From positions 62,001-126,000 of the forward strand of contig JAXLNO010005255.1 in assembly GCA_038087875.1 (NCBI GenBank): 64,000 nucleotides of DNA. The letters run 5' to 3'. Numbering within the stretch: position 1 is the stretch's first letter; each line of letters opens with the position of its first letter. The translations under genes were made by a program, and so were the position numbers. The stretch comes from Malacoraja senta (lineage: Eukaryota). The notes under the pieces were generated by a model, which was not told the DNA's origin, searched no databases, and saw nothing but the letters and a program-made list of their open reading frames with translations. Below are positions 49,590-60,544 of this stretch, one piece after another.

Positions 49590-51360
49590 AAAACAAATGT
49601 AGGTCCCTTGCAGTCAGAAAAAGGTGAATTGATCATGTGGAACAAGGACATGGCAGACCAATTGAATAACTACATTGGTTCTGTCTTCACTAAGGAAGAC
49701 TTAATTAACTGCCGGAAAGAGCAGGGGACTGGGGGTCAAATGAGATGGAGGAATTGAGTGAAATCCAGGTTAGCCGGGAAGTGGTGTTAGGTAAATTGAA
49801 TGGATTAAAGGCCGATAAATCCCCAGGGCCAGATAGAGTGCATCCCAGAGTACTTAAGGAAGTAGCCCCAGAAATAGTGGATGCATTAGTGATAATTTTT
49901 CAAAACTCTTTAGATTCTGGAGTAGTTCCTGAGGATTGGAGGGTAGCTAATGTAACCACACTTTTTGAAAAGGGAGGGAGAGAGAAGTGGGGAACCTGCT
50001 AGAGTCAGTTATTAAAGATGGGATAGCAGCACATTAGGAAAATGGTGAAATCATTGGACAAAGTCAGCATAGATTTATGAAAGGTAAATCATGTCTGACG
50101 AATCTTATAGAATTTTTCGAGGATGTAACTAGTAGAGTGGATAAGGCAGAACCAGTGGATGTGTTATATCTGGACTTTCAGAAGGCTTTCGACAAGATCC
50201 AACATAAGTGATTAGTATACAAACTTAAAGCACATGGTATTGGGGGTTCAGTATTGATGTGGATAGAGAACTTGCTGGCAGACAGGAAGCAAAGAGTAGG
50301 AGTAAACGGGTCCTTTTTAGAATGGCAGGCAGTGACTAGTGGGGTACCTCAAGGCTCAGTGCTGGGACCCCAGCTATTTACAATATATATTAATGATTTG
50401 GACGAGGGAATTGAATGCAACATCTCCAAGTTTGCGGATGACACGAAGCTGGGGGGCAGTGTTAGCTGTGAGGAGGGTGCTAGGAGGCTGCAAGGTGACT
50501 TGGATAGGCTAGGTGAATGGGCAAATGCATGGCAGGTGCAGTATAATGTGGATAAATGTGTGGTTATCCACTTTGGTGGCAAAAACAGGAAAGTAGACTA
50601 TTACCTGAATGGTGGCCGATTAGGAAAAGGGGAGATGCAACGAGACCTGGGTGTCATGGTACACCAGTCATTGAAAGTAGGCATGCAGGTGCAGCAGGCA
50701 GTGAAGAAAGCGAATGGTATGTTAACATTCATAGCAAAAGGATTTGAGTATAGGAGCAGGGAGGTTCTTCTGCAGTTGTTCAGGGTCTTGGTGAGACCAC
50801 ACCTGGAGTATTGCCTACAGTTTTGGTCTCCTAATCTGAGGAAGGACATTGTTGCCATGGAGGGAGTACAGAGAAGGTTCACCAGACTGATTCCTGGGAT
50901 GTCAGGACTTTCATATGAAGAAAGACTGGATACACTCTGCTTGTATTCGCTAGAATTTAGAAGATTGAGGGGGGATCTTATAGAAACTTACAAAATTCTT
51001 AAGGGGTTGGACAGGCTAGATGCAGGAAGATTGTTCCCGATGTTGGGGAAGTCGAGAACAAGGGGTCACAGTTTAAGGATAAAGGGGAAATCTTTTAGGA
51101 CTGAGATGAGAAAAACATTTTTTACACAGAGAGTGCTGAATCTCTGGAATTCTCTGCCACAGAATGTAGTTGAGGCCAGTTCATTGGCTATATTTAAGAG
51201 GGAGTTAGATGTGGCCCTTGTGGCTAAAGGGATCAGGGGGTATGGAGAGAAGGCAGGTACAGGATACTGAGTTGGATGATCAGCCATGATCATATTGAAT
51301 GGCGGTGCAGGCTCGAAGGGCCGAATGGCTTACTCCTGCACCTATTTTCTGTGTTTCTAT
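49590..51360 (+). mobile_element. CR1 LINE, 5'-truncated (~1.8 kb); 338-aa open RT C-terminus at 50254-51270
   Basis: KLNGLKADKSPGPDRVHPRVLKE...VPEDWRVANVT, then SGVPQGSVLGP...KFADDTKL...GEKAGTGY*. Internal deletion near 50000. Confidence 0.95.
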
Positions 51361-51963
51361 GTTTCTAAAAGCAGGAATGGGGTACTGATTCTAGATGCAG
51401 GCATGATCATATTGAATGGCGGTGCTGGCTCGAATGGCCGAATGGCCTGCTCCTGTGCCTATTTTTCTATGTTTCTATAATTAGTATACATTCGGCTATT
51501 GGTGGTGTTTCTTGAAAACACGAAGACGAGAGAATGTAAAGGATCTGCAGAACAACTAAAAGACTGCAGAAAGCAGCTTGAAAAGGAGGCTCTTCATCTA
51601 TACAACATAATTATGTTTTATTCAGCTATCATTGTTTGTAGAGTTTCTTATTGGTATGAAAACATCATCCAAGTTTTGACCCTTCCTTATTACTCCTGGT
51701 CCCAGGGGCATGGTTGGCATTAGCTCATTACATTCATCCTAATAAAGGGTTGGTGTTCACAGTTGTGCCTAGATTTTTATCAATTACAACCTTGAGTTCA
51801 CAAACTGTTCTTTGTCTCTGGGCTAAAGTTCACAGACTCTCCTTTTCAAGGAGTGAGCAGTTTTAAGCAAACTGACTTCAGCAAATCCTTACAAATTCCA
51901 TCACCCCCCCCCCCCCACTTTGATTCATCAATCAATGCCAGAGGGAATGAATCATCTAAGTAA

Positions 51964-52645
51964 AGGGGCCTGTCCCACTTACGTGCCCTTGGAATGCAAA
52001 TTACGCGTTGAGCCACGATGGTCCGGCGAAGGTCGGGTGCGATTACATGCGTACGCACAGCCGTCTGGAGCGCGTGACGTTATTTGAAGATGGACACAAA
52101 GCTGGAGTAAGCCAGTGGGACCGGCAGCATCTCTGGAGAGAAGCAATGGGTGACGTTTCATGTCGAGACTCTTCTTCAGTCTGAAAAGAAGGGTCTTGAC
52201 CCGAAACATCACCCATTGCTTCTCTCCAGAGATGCTGCCGGTCCCGCTGAGTTACTCCTGCATTTCGTGTCTATCTTCAATTTTCTTGGCCCCGCTCTGG
52301 GAGTAGAAGTGGGGGCGGATCCGGACTGCAACGGCTGTGAGCCCCAGGCCGAGTTCGGCGATCGTTCGCCTGCTTCTGCTCCTGTTGAAAGTGAGACTTT
52401 GCGTCGCGCCAGGGTCTTGGGCCTGTCCCACTTTGGCCGTCAGTTCCGCGACAGGCCGTTGGCGCGCGAAGATTTCGTTCACTACAAAATTATTGGAGCC
52501 CCGCGCGATGTCGCGCACAACTCCATACCCCTCCGCGCTTCCAAGTGGGACCGGCCCCGCGCGGCCATACGATGCCCGTGCGCTTCAACGCGACCACAAG
52601 GTCGCATAATTTGTGTGCCAAGGACACGTAAGTGGGACAGGCCCT
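51964..52645. mobile_element. Harbinger MITE with TAA TSD that contains a Penelope-end foldback (52088-52280)
   Basis: TIRs aggggcctgtcccacttacgtgcccttgg / agggcctgtcccacttacgtgtccttgg. TAA at 51961-51963 and 52646-52648. Confidence 0.85.
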
Positions 52646-53635
52646 TAAGAATACCAAGGAAAGGTAGCGCAGCTACACATCACTGGATATCTTTAACCTG
52701 TTCAATGCCACCGCCGAGTACACTAGGGGTCATGGCCAATAGTGAAAAATAAACTTGGCAGTGAACAGCTTAATGGTCTCCATATTTTAGAGAAAGCCTT
52801 CAATGCCCATGAGGGGTGAGCCTTATTATATCTATGTTTCTCTAAATATAGGAAGCACTTTTGTGGTAAAAGATGGGTCAGCTCGGGCCTCGAAAAGATC
52901 CAACCTTATGTGCAGCTTTATATTTGTTTATATGCAATAAGCAAAAAGAACACAATAGAAGATAAAACATGATAATAACTATAAGCAAAGCCAAGAGATC
53001 GTGGCCTTACACGAGTTGCTGCCTTGCAGCACCAGAGACCCTGGTTTGAACCTGACTACGAGTGGTGACTGTACGGAGTTTGCATGTTCTCCCCGTAACC
53101 TGTGTGGCTTTTCTCTGAGATGTAGGTAAATTGGCTTGGTGTAAATGTAAATTGTCCCTAGTATGGGCTGAAGGGCCTGTTTCAGCACTGTATCTCCAAA
53201 GCAGTGGGGGGGTCGTGACCCCCAAGGGGGTCGTTTGGGGTTTTCCGGGGGTCATGAAGGGGTTGTAAAGAACATCAATTTGTTGAGCCCATTTTTAGGA
53301 ACCTAACAAAGGTACATACCACACACAGTTTTTTATTCACGTATGCGCGTACGTATACACGGGGCCTATGAGAGGGGGGTGCAGGGGGTACATCGTACCC
53401 GGGCTCGGAGTCCAAAAGGGGCCCGGGAGCTGAAGGAAGGGGGGGGGGCGGGAATTTCCTGAAATCTCAGAAAATTTTTGCATATATTTTGTGAAGACTA
53501 GCATTCACATTTTGTGCCTTCAGAGTTTTATATATCGTAATTCGTAGAAATTGTGATCCATAATAAAGCAGGGAATTTTCACAAGCGGATGTGTGGTCGG
53601 GGTAACCTGATTAAAAGAGGGGGAAGGGGAAGACC

Positions 53636-54230
53636 CATCACTACTGATGGATCCTCCCTGTAGGAGGAGGGAGAGCACTAGGACCCAGCAGAGTCATCAC
53701 TACTGATGGGTCTTCTGTGTAGGTGGGGGGGAGCACTAGGACCCAACAGAGTCATCACTACTGATGGATCCTCCCTGTAGGAGGAGGGAGAGCACTAGGA
53801 CCCAGCAGAGTCATCACTACTGATGGATCCTCCCTGTAGGAGGAGGGAGAGCACTAGGACCCAACAGAGTCATCACTACTGATGGATCCTCCCTGTAGGA
53901 GGAGGGAGAGCACTAGGACCCAGCAGAGTCATCACTACTGATGGGTCTTCCGTGTGGGGGGGCAGGGGGGGGGAGCACTAGGACCCAGCAGTCATCACTA
54001 CTGATGGGTCTTCCCTGCAGGAGGGGGGAGAGCACTAGGACCCAGCAGAGTCATCACTACTGATGGGTCTTCCCTGCAGGAGTAGGGGGAGAGCACTAGG
54101 ACACAGCAGAGTCATCAATACTGATGGGTCTTCCCTGCAGGAGGGGGGGGGGGAGAGCACTAGGACACAGCAGAGTCATCAATACTGATGGGTCTTCCCT
54201 GCAGGAGGGGGGGGGGGGGAGCACTAGGAA
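53636..54230. repeat. 59-bp minisatellite, ~10 copies
   Basis: Unit catcactactgatggatcctccctgtaggaggagggagagcactaggacccagcagagt. The register shifts by 1 nt per 60-nt line; later units vary in a G-run. Confidence 0.95.
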
Positions 54231-54529
54231 CCAGCAATCAGACCATGTGCTGTCTGCATGGTTTAGGTTGTGGGCCTGGTGCTATGCCGGGAACTCTGGT
54301 GAGGTGATGGCTCTGGCCCGCTGGTGGCCGGTGGAGAGGCGAGGGTCGGCAGAGTCGCTGGTGGAGGCCCGTGGGGAGCTGGAGTAGAGATATGGGCAGC
54401 AGCATCATTGGCTTTCTGAAGACAGTGAAGGTCGGCGACAGTGGCTGCGGTGGCCTCGCCCAGGGAGGTGGTGAGAGTCAGGAGCCGCGGCTGTTTCAGT
54501 GGTCCGGGCCTGGGTTTGGGTCAGTGTGT

Positions 54530-54559
54530 GGATGGGTGGGTGTGAGTGAGTGGGTGAGG

Positions 54560-54590
<31 letters not shown>

Positions 54591-54636
54591 TATGTGAGTA
54601 GGTGAGTGAGTGTGTGTCTGAGTGTATGTGTGTGTT
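54530..54636. repeat. (GT)n/(GTGA)n microsatellite
   Basis: gtgtgtgtgtgtgtgtgtgtgtgt flanked by gtgagtgagt. Confidence 0.95.
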
Positions 54637-55975
54637 AGTGGGAGGGTGAATTTTATAAATGAAGTTAAAACCATTAGATCTGTTGAACTTGTTAACAGAC
54701 TATTGACTTGGTAACCTGTTTCCAAATGTTTGTGTTAGCTTCAGAATACTATTAACAATTCCAGCAACAGTAGCTTCTGCAGAGGTCATTTAGCAAACTC
54801 AAGCTGATTAAGAATTATTTAAGGTCGACAATGTCTCATGAATGTCTTGTGGATTTGGCCAGGCTAAGTATTCAAAGTTAAAGTCAGTTTTATTCATCAC
54901 ATACACCCGAAGGTGCAGTGAAGTGAATTTGCCAGCAGTGATACACGTAAAAAGAACACACAATACACAATAAAATTGAACACAAACATCCACTACAGCA
55001 TTCTTCACTGTGGTGGAAGGCAACAAGTTTCAGCCAGTCCTCCTCCTTTGTTCACCTGTGTTCGGGGCCATAACCCCTCCGTAGTCGCATCTAGGGACGG
55101 ACCAATGTACAAGGCCCTCTCGTCGGGATGATCCAAACTCTGACGTTGGGACGGACAAACACACTCTGCGGCTTGGAGGTCCCGACTCGGCACTTTCCTA
55201 GTGGAGACCGCAGCTTCAGGATGTTATAGGCCGCAGGCCAGCGGTTCGAGCTCGTCTCTGGTGAACCCCGGCAAGGGATCCCAGGATCCGGATGGTAAGT
55301 CCACGCCACGCTCGCGGTTAGAAGCTCCGCAGACCACAGCTCCACGGTGTCAACGTATTGAATCAATAGTATTGAATCATACATTGCCAGAACAATACAT
55401 TTTCATGCTGTGATTTGACATTTTTCACACAAAAAAGGCCAGGAAAGCTCTTTATATAAAGTAAATTTATATAATAAAAGTAAAACTTTTACTTTTTACT
55501 AATAATTATGTCTTTTGATGATATGATCTGCATTGAAACATAAAAGGATGTTTCAATGTGAATTCTTTCTCCTTATCTGTATTGTAGCATAAACAAAGAT
55601 GTTCAAAACAAAGGTAGATAAAATGCTGGAGAAACTCAACGGGTGAGGCAGCATCTATAGAGTGAAGGAAAACAAATGTGCTTTCTGATCCTTTTATGTT
55701 ATTTATACTTATTTATATTTATCATGGAGGGTGTATAGGGACATAAGGCCTCAAATGCAGAAAATCAACAGAGCGCCCCATTCCACCCCTCTCTCATCTT
55801 CCGTACCCCTTTTTGCCGTGCAGGCTACAGCTCATGGCATAAAACTGTAGCATAGTGGATAAAAACAGGATGACTAATGGAGAAGGGAAGGGGGCCCAAA
55901 ATAAACTTTGTACCCACTGATAAAATTCCTCTGAGGCCCTGCGTATACACGCACAAACAGTGTGTGTTGTGAACC

Positions 55976-57724
55976 ATGTCTTCCAAGACGCGCATGTATA
56001 GTGAAACATTTCACAAGTTGGGCTTCACAAGCATTGTTCCAAATCCGTGGTCAAGCTGCAATGTGTTCTCTGTGCCAAGGTGTTGAGTCACGAGAGCATG
56101 AAGCCCAGCAAACTGAAGATCCATTTGGAGTCTTGTCACAGCAACCTGGCGGGGAAGAGCGTGGACTATTTCAAACGAAAAGAAGCCATAACTCAAGGGA
56201 TCCCGCATCTATTCAACGGGTCACTGTGCTCATCAAAATGAAGCAGCGTTGGAGGCTTCATACCGGATTGCTTATCGAATCGCACAGACTAAGAAACCTC
56301 ACAGCATCGGTGAAGAGCTTATCAAGCCATGCCTTCTCGAAACAGCGAAGTTGGCGCTGGGGGAAGAGCAGTCAAACAAGTTCAGGCAGATTTCCCTTTT
56401 GAATGACACAGTCAAAAGTAGAATCTCGGATATGAGTAATGATATTCTGCTGCAAGTAGTGAGGGCTGTGACGAGCAGTCCAGTGTATTCACTGCAACTG
56501 GGCGAGTCAACAGATGTTGCCTCATGTTCCCAACTGCTAGTCTACATTCGTTACCTCGATGGAGTAGCCATGACGGAGGAGTACATGTTCTCGGAGCCAT
56601 TGGCTACTACCACTCGGGGAGAAGATGTGTTCAGAATGCTGGAAGCCTTCCTCATCAAACATGAGCTTGGCTGGAAATGCCTTGTTGGGATGTGTACAGA
56701 TGGGGCACCTTCCATGGTCGGTTGCAGATCCGGTTTCCAAGACTTCGTGAATGATGTCGCTCCACATGTCTCCTTCCCCCACTGCATGATACATCGCTAT
56801 GCTTTAGCGATGAAGACTCTCCCTCTTGGTCTTCGAGAAGTGCTTTCAGATGTGGTGAAGATTGTGAACCACATCCGAGAGAGTGCAACAAACTCAAGAA
56901 TCTTCAAGCGATGTGTGAAGAAATGGGCATCGATTTCACTATTCTGTTATTCCACACAGAGGTGCGCTGGCTTTTGCGTGGTAAAGTTCTCAATCATGTG
57001 ATTCAACGTTGAGAGGAAATAGTGTTGTTCTTGGAGAGAAGGGGTACTGAGAAGGAGAATCAGCTTCATGAAAAGATGCAAGTTGAACTGTTCGTGATGA
57101 AGGTTGCTTACTTGGTTGACTTCTTCGCTGAGGTGAATTCCTTGAACCTGTCGCTTCAAGGAATCCTCCCAATGGCATTCAGGAGGAACCTTTACCAGAG
57201 AACAGACGGTGACATGGCTATCTTCCCTGAGATGACGACTCTCCTGGATGCTACGCCTGATGCTGAATGCCACTTCCACGAGGAGATCTCAACCCACCTT
57301 CTGGCAATTAGTGAACCCATCGAACGTTACTTCCCCAGACTGGACGACCGCTCTCGTGATGAGTGGATGCTCTGACCCTTTTCCGTTGAAGACGGTGGCA
57401 TCAGCGATACTGACGTGACCGAAGGTTGAATTTTACTGAATTCGTGAAGATGCGCAACTCAAGAGTGACTTCATGGAACAAGAGCTCGCCACGTTTTGGC
57501 TGAAAGTGAAGGAATGTCCTGCTCTTTCGAAGAGGGCCCTGACCCTATTGGTCCATTCCCCCTCAACCTCTCACTGTGAGGGTGGATTCTCAACTATGGT
57601 AACTCTGAAAACGAAGGTACGCAATAGGCTTGTGATCGACACTGACATGAGGTGCTGCCTGTCGAGCATTCGTCCACGTTTTGATTGCCTGATGACTGCG
57701 AAGCAATTTCAGCCATCCCATTGA
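55976..57724 (+). pseudogene. hAT Charlie-type transposase (ZBED5/ZBED8-like family) with multiple frameshifts
   Basis: MSSKTRMYSETFHKLGFT, LQCVLCAKVLSHESMKPSKLKIHLESCH (BED-like finger), EASYRIAYRIAQTKKPHSIGEELIKPC, SLQLGESTD, CTDGAPSMVG, HCMIHRYALA, CEGGFSTM, KQFQPSH*. Confidence 0.93.
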
Positions 57725-57949
57725 CTGAGCAATGGCAGACATGTTTTAATAAATCGGGCTGTTTTTTTTCAAATTTTGTTTCAGAGGTCACGGTACTGAT
57801 CAAGAGTGCCTGATGGGGTCGTGGGGCCAAAAAGGTTAAGAACCACTGCTCTAAAGCTTAAAACTAAAGGGGCTAATAAAGGCCACAAAGTGGCTTTAGT
57901 GAGTCGGATTACAGAAAATCCCACATCTTTTTCATGGTTTCATGGTTAG

Positions 57950-58640
57950 TTTATTGTCACATATACCAATTAAGGTACATTGAAATGCAGACTACCATAC
58001 ACCATACTAAAAAAAAGCAACAAGACACACAATAACATAAAAGTTAACATAAACATCCACAACAGAGGAGCCCGCACGTTCCTTACTGTGATGGAAGGCA
58101 ATAAAGTCTAATCTCCTTCCTCTTTATCTCCCGCAGTCGGGGCAATCAAACAATCTGCAGTCGGTGGTCGAAACCCCCCGTTGAGGAATCGAAACTCCCA
58201 CGTCGGAGCGGTCGAAACTCTTGCGGCTTGGAGATCCCGGATGTCGGTCTCGACCGTAGACCACGGGCTCCGCGATGTTAAAGTCTTGCAGGCTCTCACA
58301 GTTGGAGCCCTAAAGTCGATCCCCGACAGGGATCGCGAGCTCCATGATGGTAAGTCCACAGGCTCCTGCGATGGATCTCCCGGTCGATCTCTAGCAAAGG
58401 CCGCCATTCATCAATGTTAGGCCGCATTGTGGACGGAGATACGATACAGAAAATATCGCATCTACGTCGAGGTAAGAGATTAGGAAAAGTTTCCCACAAC
58501 TCCCCCAACCCCCACCCCCAAAACAAGCTAAAGAACACTAAAGAATATACATTTAACACGTACAAAACAGACACAAAGAAGGAAGGGACAGACGACTTTT
58601 GGCGAGGCAACCATTGCAGCAAAAGGTGGATTGCTTAAGG
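57950..58640 (-). repeat. Unclassified non-coding interspersed repeat (related copy at ~54880-55340)
   Basis: Shared blocks taacataaacatccac.acag, actgtg.tggaagg and ggatggtaagtccac. No recognisable ORF. Confidence 0.5.
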
Positions 58641-58739
58641 ATATAGAAGGGAATATGTGCTTGGAGTTTGGCGAGGTTTGGTTTCACCAAGGAAGACATG
58701 TAGAATAGTAAGGACCATTAATAGTAAGTACATCATAAA

Positions 58740-59530
58740 ATCCTCCAACATTTTTGCCACCTCCAACGGGATCCCACTACTGATCACATCTTCCCATCTC
58801 CACCCGTTTCTGCTTTCCGCAGAGACCGTTCCCTCCGAAACTCCCTGGTCAACTCGTCCCTTCACACCCAAACCACCCGCTCCCCGGATACTTTCTCCTG
58901 CAACTGCAGGAGATGCAACACCTGTCCCTTTATGTCCCCCCCTCGACTCCGTCCAAGGACCTAAAGTCTTTCCAGGTGAGGCAGAAGTTCACTTGCACCT
59001 CTTCCAACCTCATCTACTGTATCCGCTGTTTCAGTTGTCAACTTCTCTACATCAGTGAGACCAAGCGCAGGCTCGGCGATCGTTTTGTTGAACACTTCCC
59101 CTCAGTCCGTCTTACCCTACCCGATCTCCCGGTGGCTCAGCACTTCAACTCCCCCTCCCATTCCCAATCTGACCTTTCTGTCCTGGGCCTCCTCCATTGT
59201 CAGAGTGAGGCCCAGCCCAAATTGGAGGAACAGCACCTCATATTTTGCTTGGGTAGTGTATACTCCAGCGGTATGAACATTGACTTCTATTACTTTCGAT
59301 AGCCCTTGATTTCTCTCTCCATCCCCTCCCCCTTCCCAATTCTGCCACCAGTCTTACTGTCTCCGCCGACATTCTATCTTTGTCCCTCCCCTGACATCAG
59401 TCTGAAGAAGGGTCTCGACCCAAAACAATGCCCATTCCTTCTCTCCAGGGAAGCTGCCTGACCCGCTGAGTTACGCCAGCATTTTGTGTCTCTCTACGAT
59501 TTTAACATCTGCAGCATCTGCAGTTCTTTC
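58740..59530 (+). mobile_element. Penelope 3' fragment (GIY-YIG plus terminal block)
   Basis: FTCTSSNLIYCIRCFSCQLLYISETKRRLGDRFVEH...PKLEEQHLIFCLGSVYSSGMNIDF. Confidence 0.92.
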
Positions 59531-59657
59531 TTACACATGGAGAATCAATGTGGAGAATGCTAACATGCAGGGACACTTTGAAGTTAAGCAAGAAGGAGAT
59601 GTTGGATCACTTGAAGAGAAATGTGGATAAATCCCCAGGATAGAGGGGTGTAGTGGA

Positions 59658-60065
59658 TGATAATAATAATCGTTGAAAACATTAGTGCCGTGCTGGTTTC
59701 CGATGGGCACGGTGACGGACGCACCACACATCTCTCCTCCATGCAACTGGCAAGCTCCTCTTTTATCTCTACACATGCGTCTTCCATCAACGTCTTCTGC
59801 ATCATCTTGATTGGCCGTCCTGGGTCAAGTCTTCCATGGGTGGGTTCCCACAGCACAACCTTGTTTGCTGGCATTTCTGGGTGGCGGAGCCAGTGACCTG
59901 CGAGCCTCATCCTTCTCAACGTGATCTTCTCGGTCAGAGGTGGATTCTCCCCATAGAGCTGGGCGTTGGTGATGTGGTCCCTCCATCTGACATTTTGAAC
60001 TTTTCCGAGCATTCGGGTGTAGGTACCATCGAGAGACTAGGACAGTGCTGGAGTGAGAGTCCATG
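59658..60065 (-). mobile_element. RTE-clade LINE 3' fragment
   Basis: QNVRWRDHITNAQLYG...RRMRLAGHWLRHPE..ANKVVLWEPTHGRLDPGRP; short (ATT/ATC)n tail. Confidence 0.8.
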
Positions 60066-60270
60066 CCTCACACCCGTACAATAATATGGTCTCTACAGTT
60101 GTACGGAAGGCCAAATATTCAGGCTGTAGTTCAGTGACAAGTAGAGTTCTGCAGGGATCTGTGCTGTGACCCTTGCTACTTGTGACATATATAAATGACT
60201 TGGACCCTGGTGTTCAGAAATTACCCAGTCATAACAATTAATCAAATAATGATTTTTATTTTTATTTCAG

Positions 60271-60544
60271 ATTATCACTACGTTCAAGGACAGTTTGGTT
60301 GTGAGGTGAACGATCACAGTCCCACTGTAGGGATATTGAAGTTGGCTTTTGATGGAAGATATGCATTTAGTTTTGATAAGGACAAACTAAAGTGGACGGT
60401 GCATGATCCAATAGCTGAGCTTCAAAGAGAAATGGGACAAGAATGAAAAAATGAACCGTTATTTCAAGAGCTTGTTAGAACATGACTGTGTGGATCTATG
60501 GCTTACATACTATGCAATTGGAAAGACATACCTGACCAGAAAAG
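60271..60544 (+). pseudogene. MHC class I-like gene, exon 3 (alpha2 domain) with a frameshift at ~60420
   Basis: Acceptor tttttatttcAG, donor G|GTGAGT. Reads (N)YHYVQGQFGCEVNDHSPTVGILKLAFDGRYAFSFDKDKLKWTVHDPIAE / FKEKWDKNEKMNRYFKSLLEHDCVDLWLTYYAIGKTYLTRK, with the C101-C164 pair, DG119-120, W133 and K146-W147. Length is 274 nt versus the canonical 276. Confidence 0.92.

Larger units (their letters stand above)
53360..55941. mobile_element. Nested non-autonomous hAT element (2582 bp) with a perfect 8-bp TSD
   Basis: Ends are cggggcctatgagagg...caggggGTACA and (reverse complement) cagggcctcagagg...cagtggGTACA. cgtataca lies at both 53352-53359 and 55942-55949. Confidence 0.85.
53202..57848 (+). 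mobile_element. hAT (Charlie/Buster subfamily) DNA transposon, decayed
   Basis: CAGTGG...CCACTG ends; 8-bp TSD ctccaaag (53194-53201) / ctctaaag (57849-57856), with the central TA typical of Buster elements intact in the right copy; inserted in a SINE tail; internal transposase. Confidence 0.85.
21740..60544 (+). pseudogene. MHC class I-like (nonclassical-type) heavy-chain gene, exons 1-3; frameshifted in alpha2 as sequenced; continues beyond the window
   Basis: Three phase-1 exons (52, 261 and 274 nt) with canonical splice sites assemble into leader-alpha1-alpha2. Lineage cannot be assigned by eye. Pseudogene status depends on the 2-nt deletion being real. Confidence 0.8.

Noticed and set aside
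50254-51270. 338-aa ORF as a host gene or autonomous LINE
   Set aside because: It is a 5'-truncated CR1 RT C-terminus lacking the endonuclease and the RT N-terminus.
53636-54230. 59-bp array as a CRISPR array or a ribozyme array (CTGATGG resembles CUGAUGA)
   Set aside because: There are no unique spacers or cas genes and the context is eukaryotic. The CUGANGA box is imperfect and no GAAA box follows.
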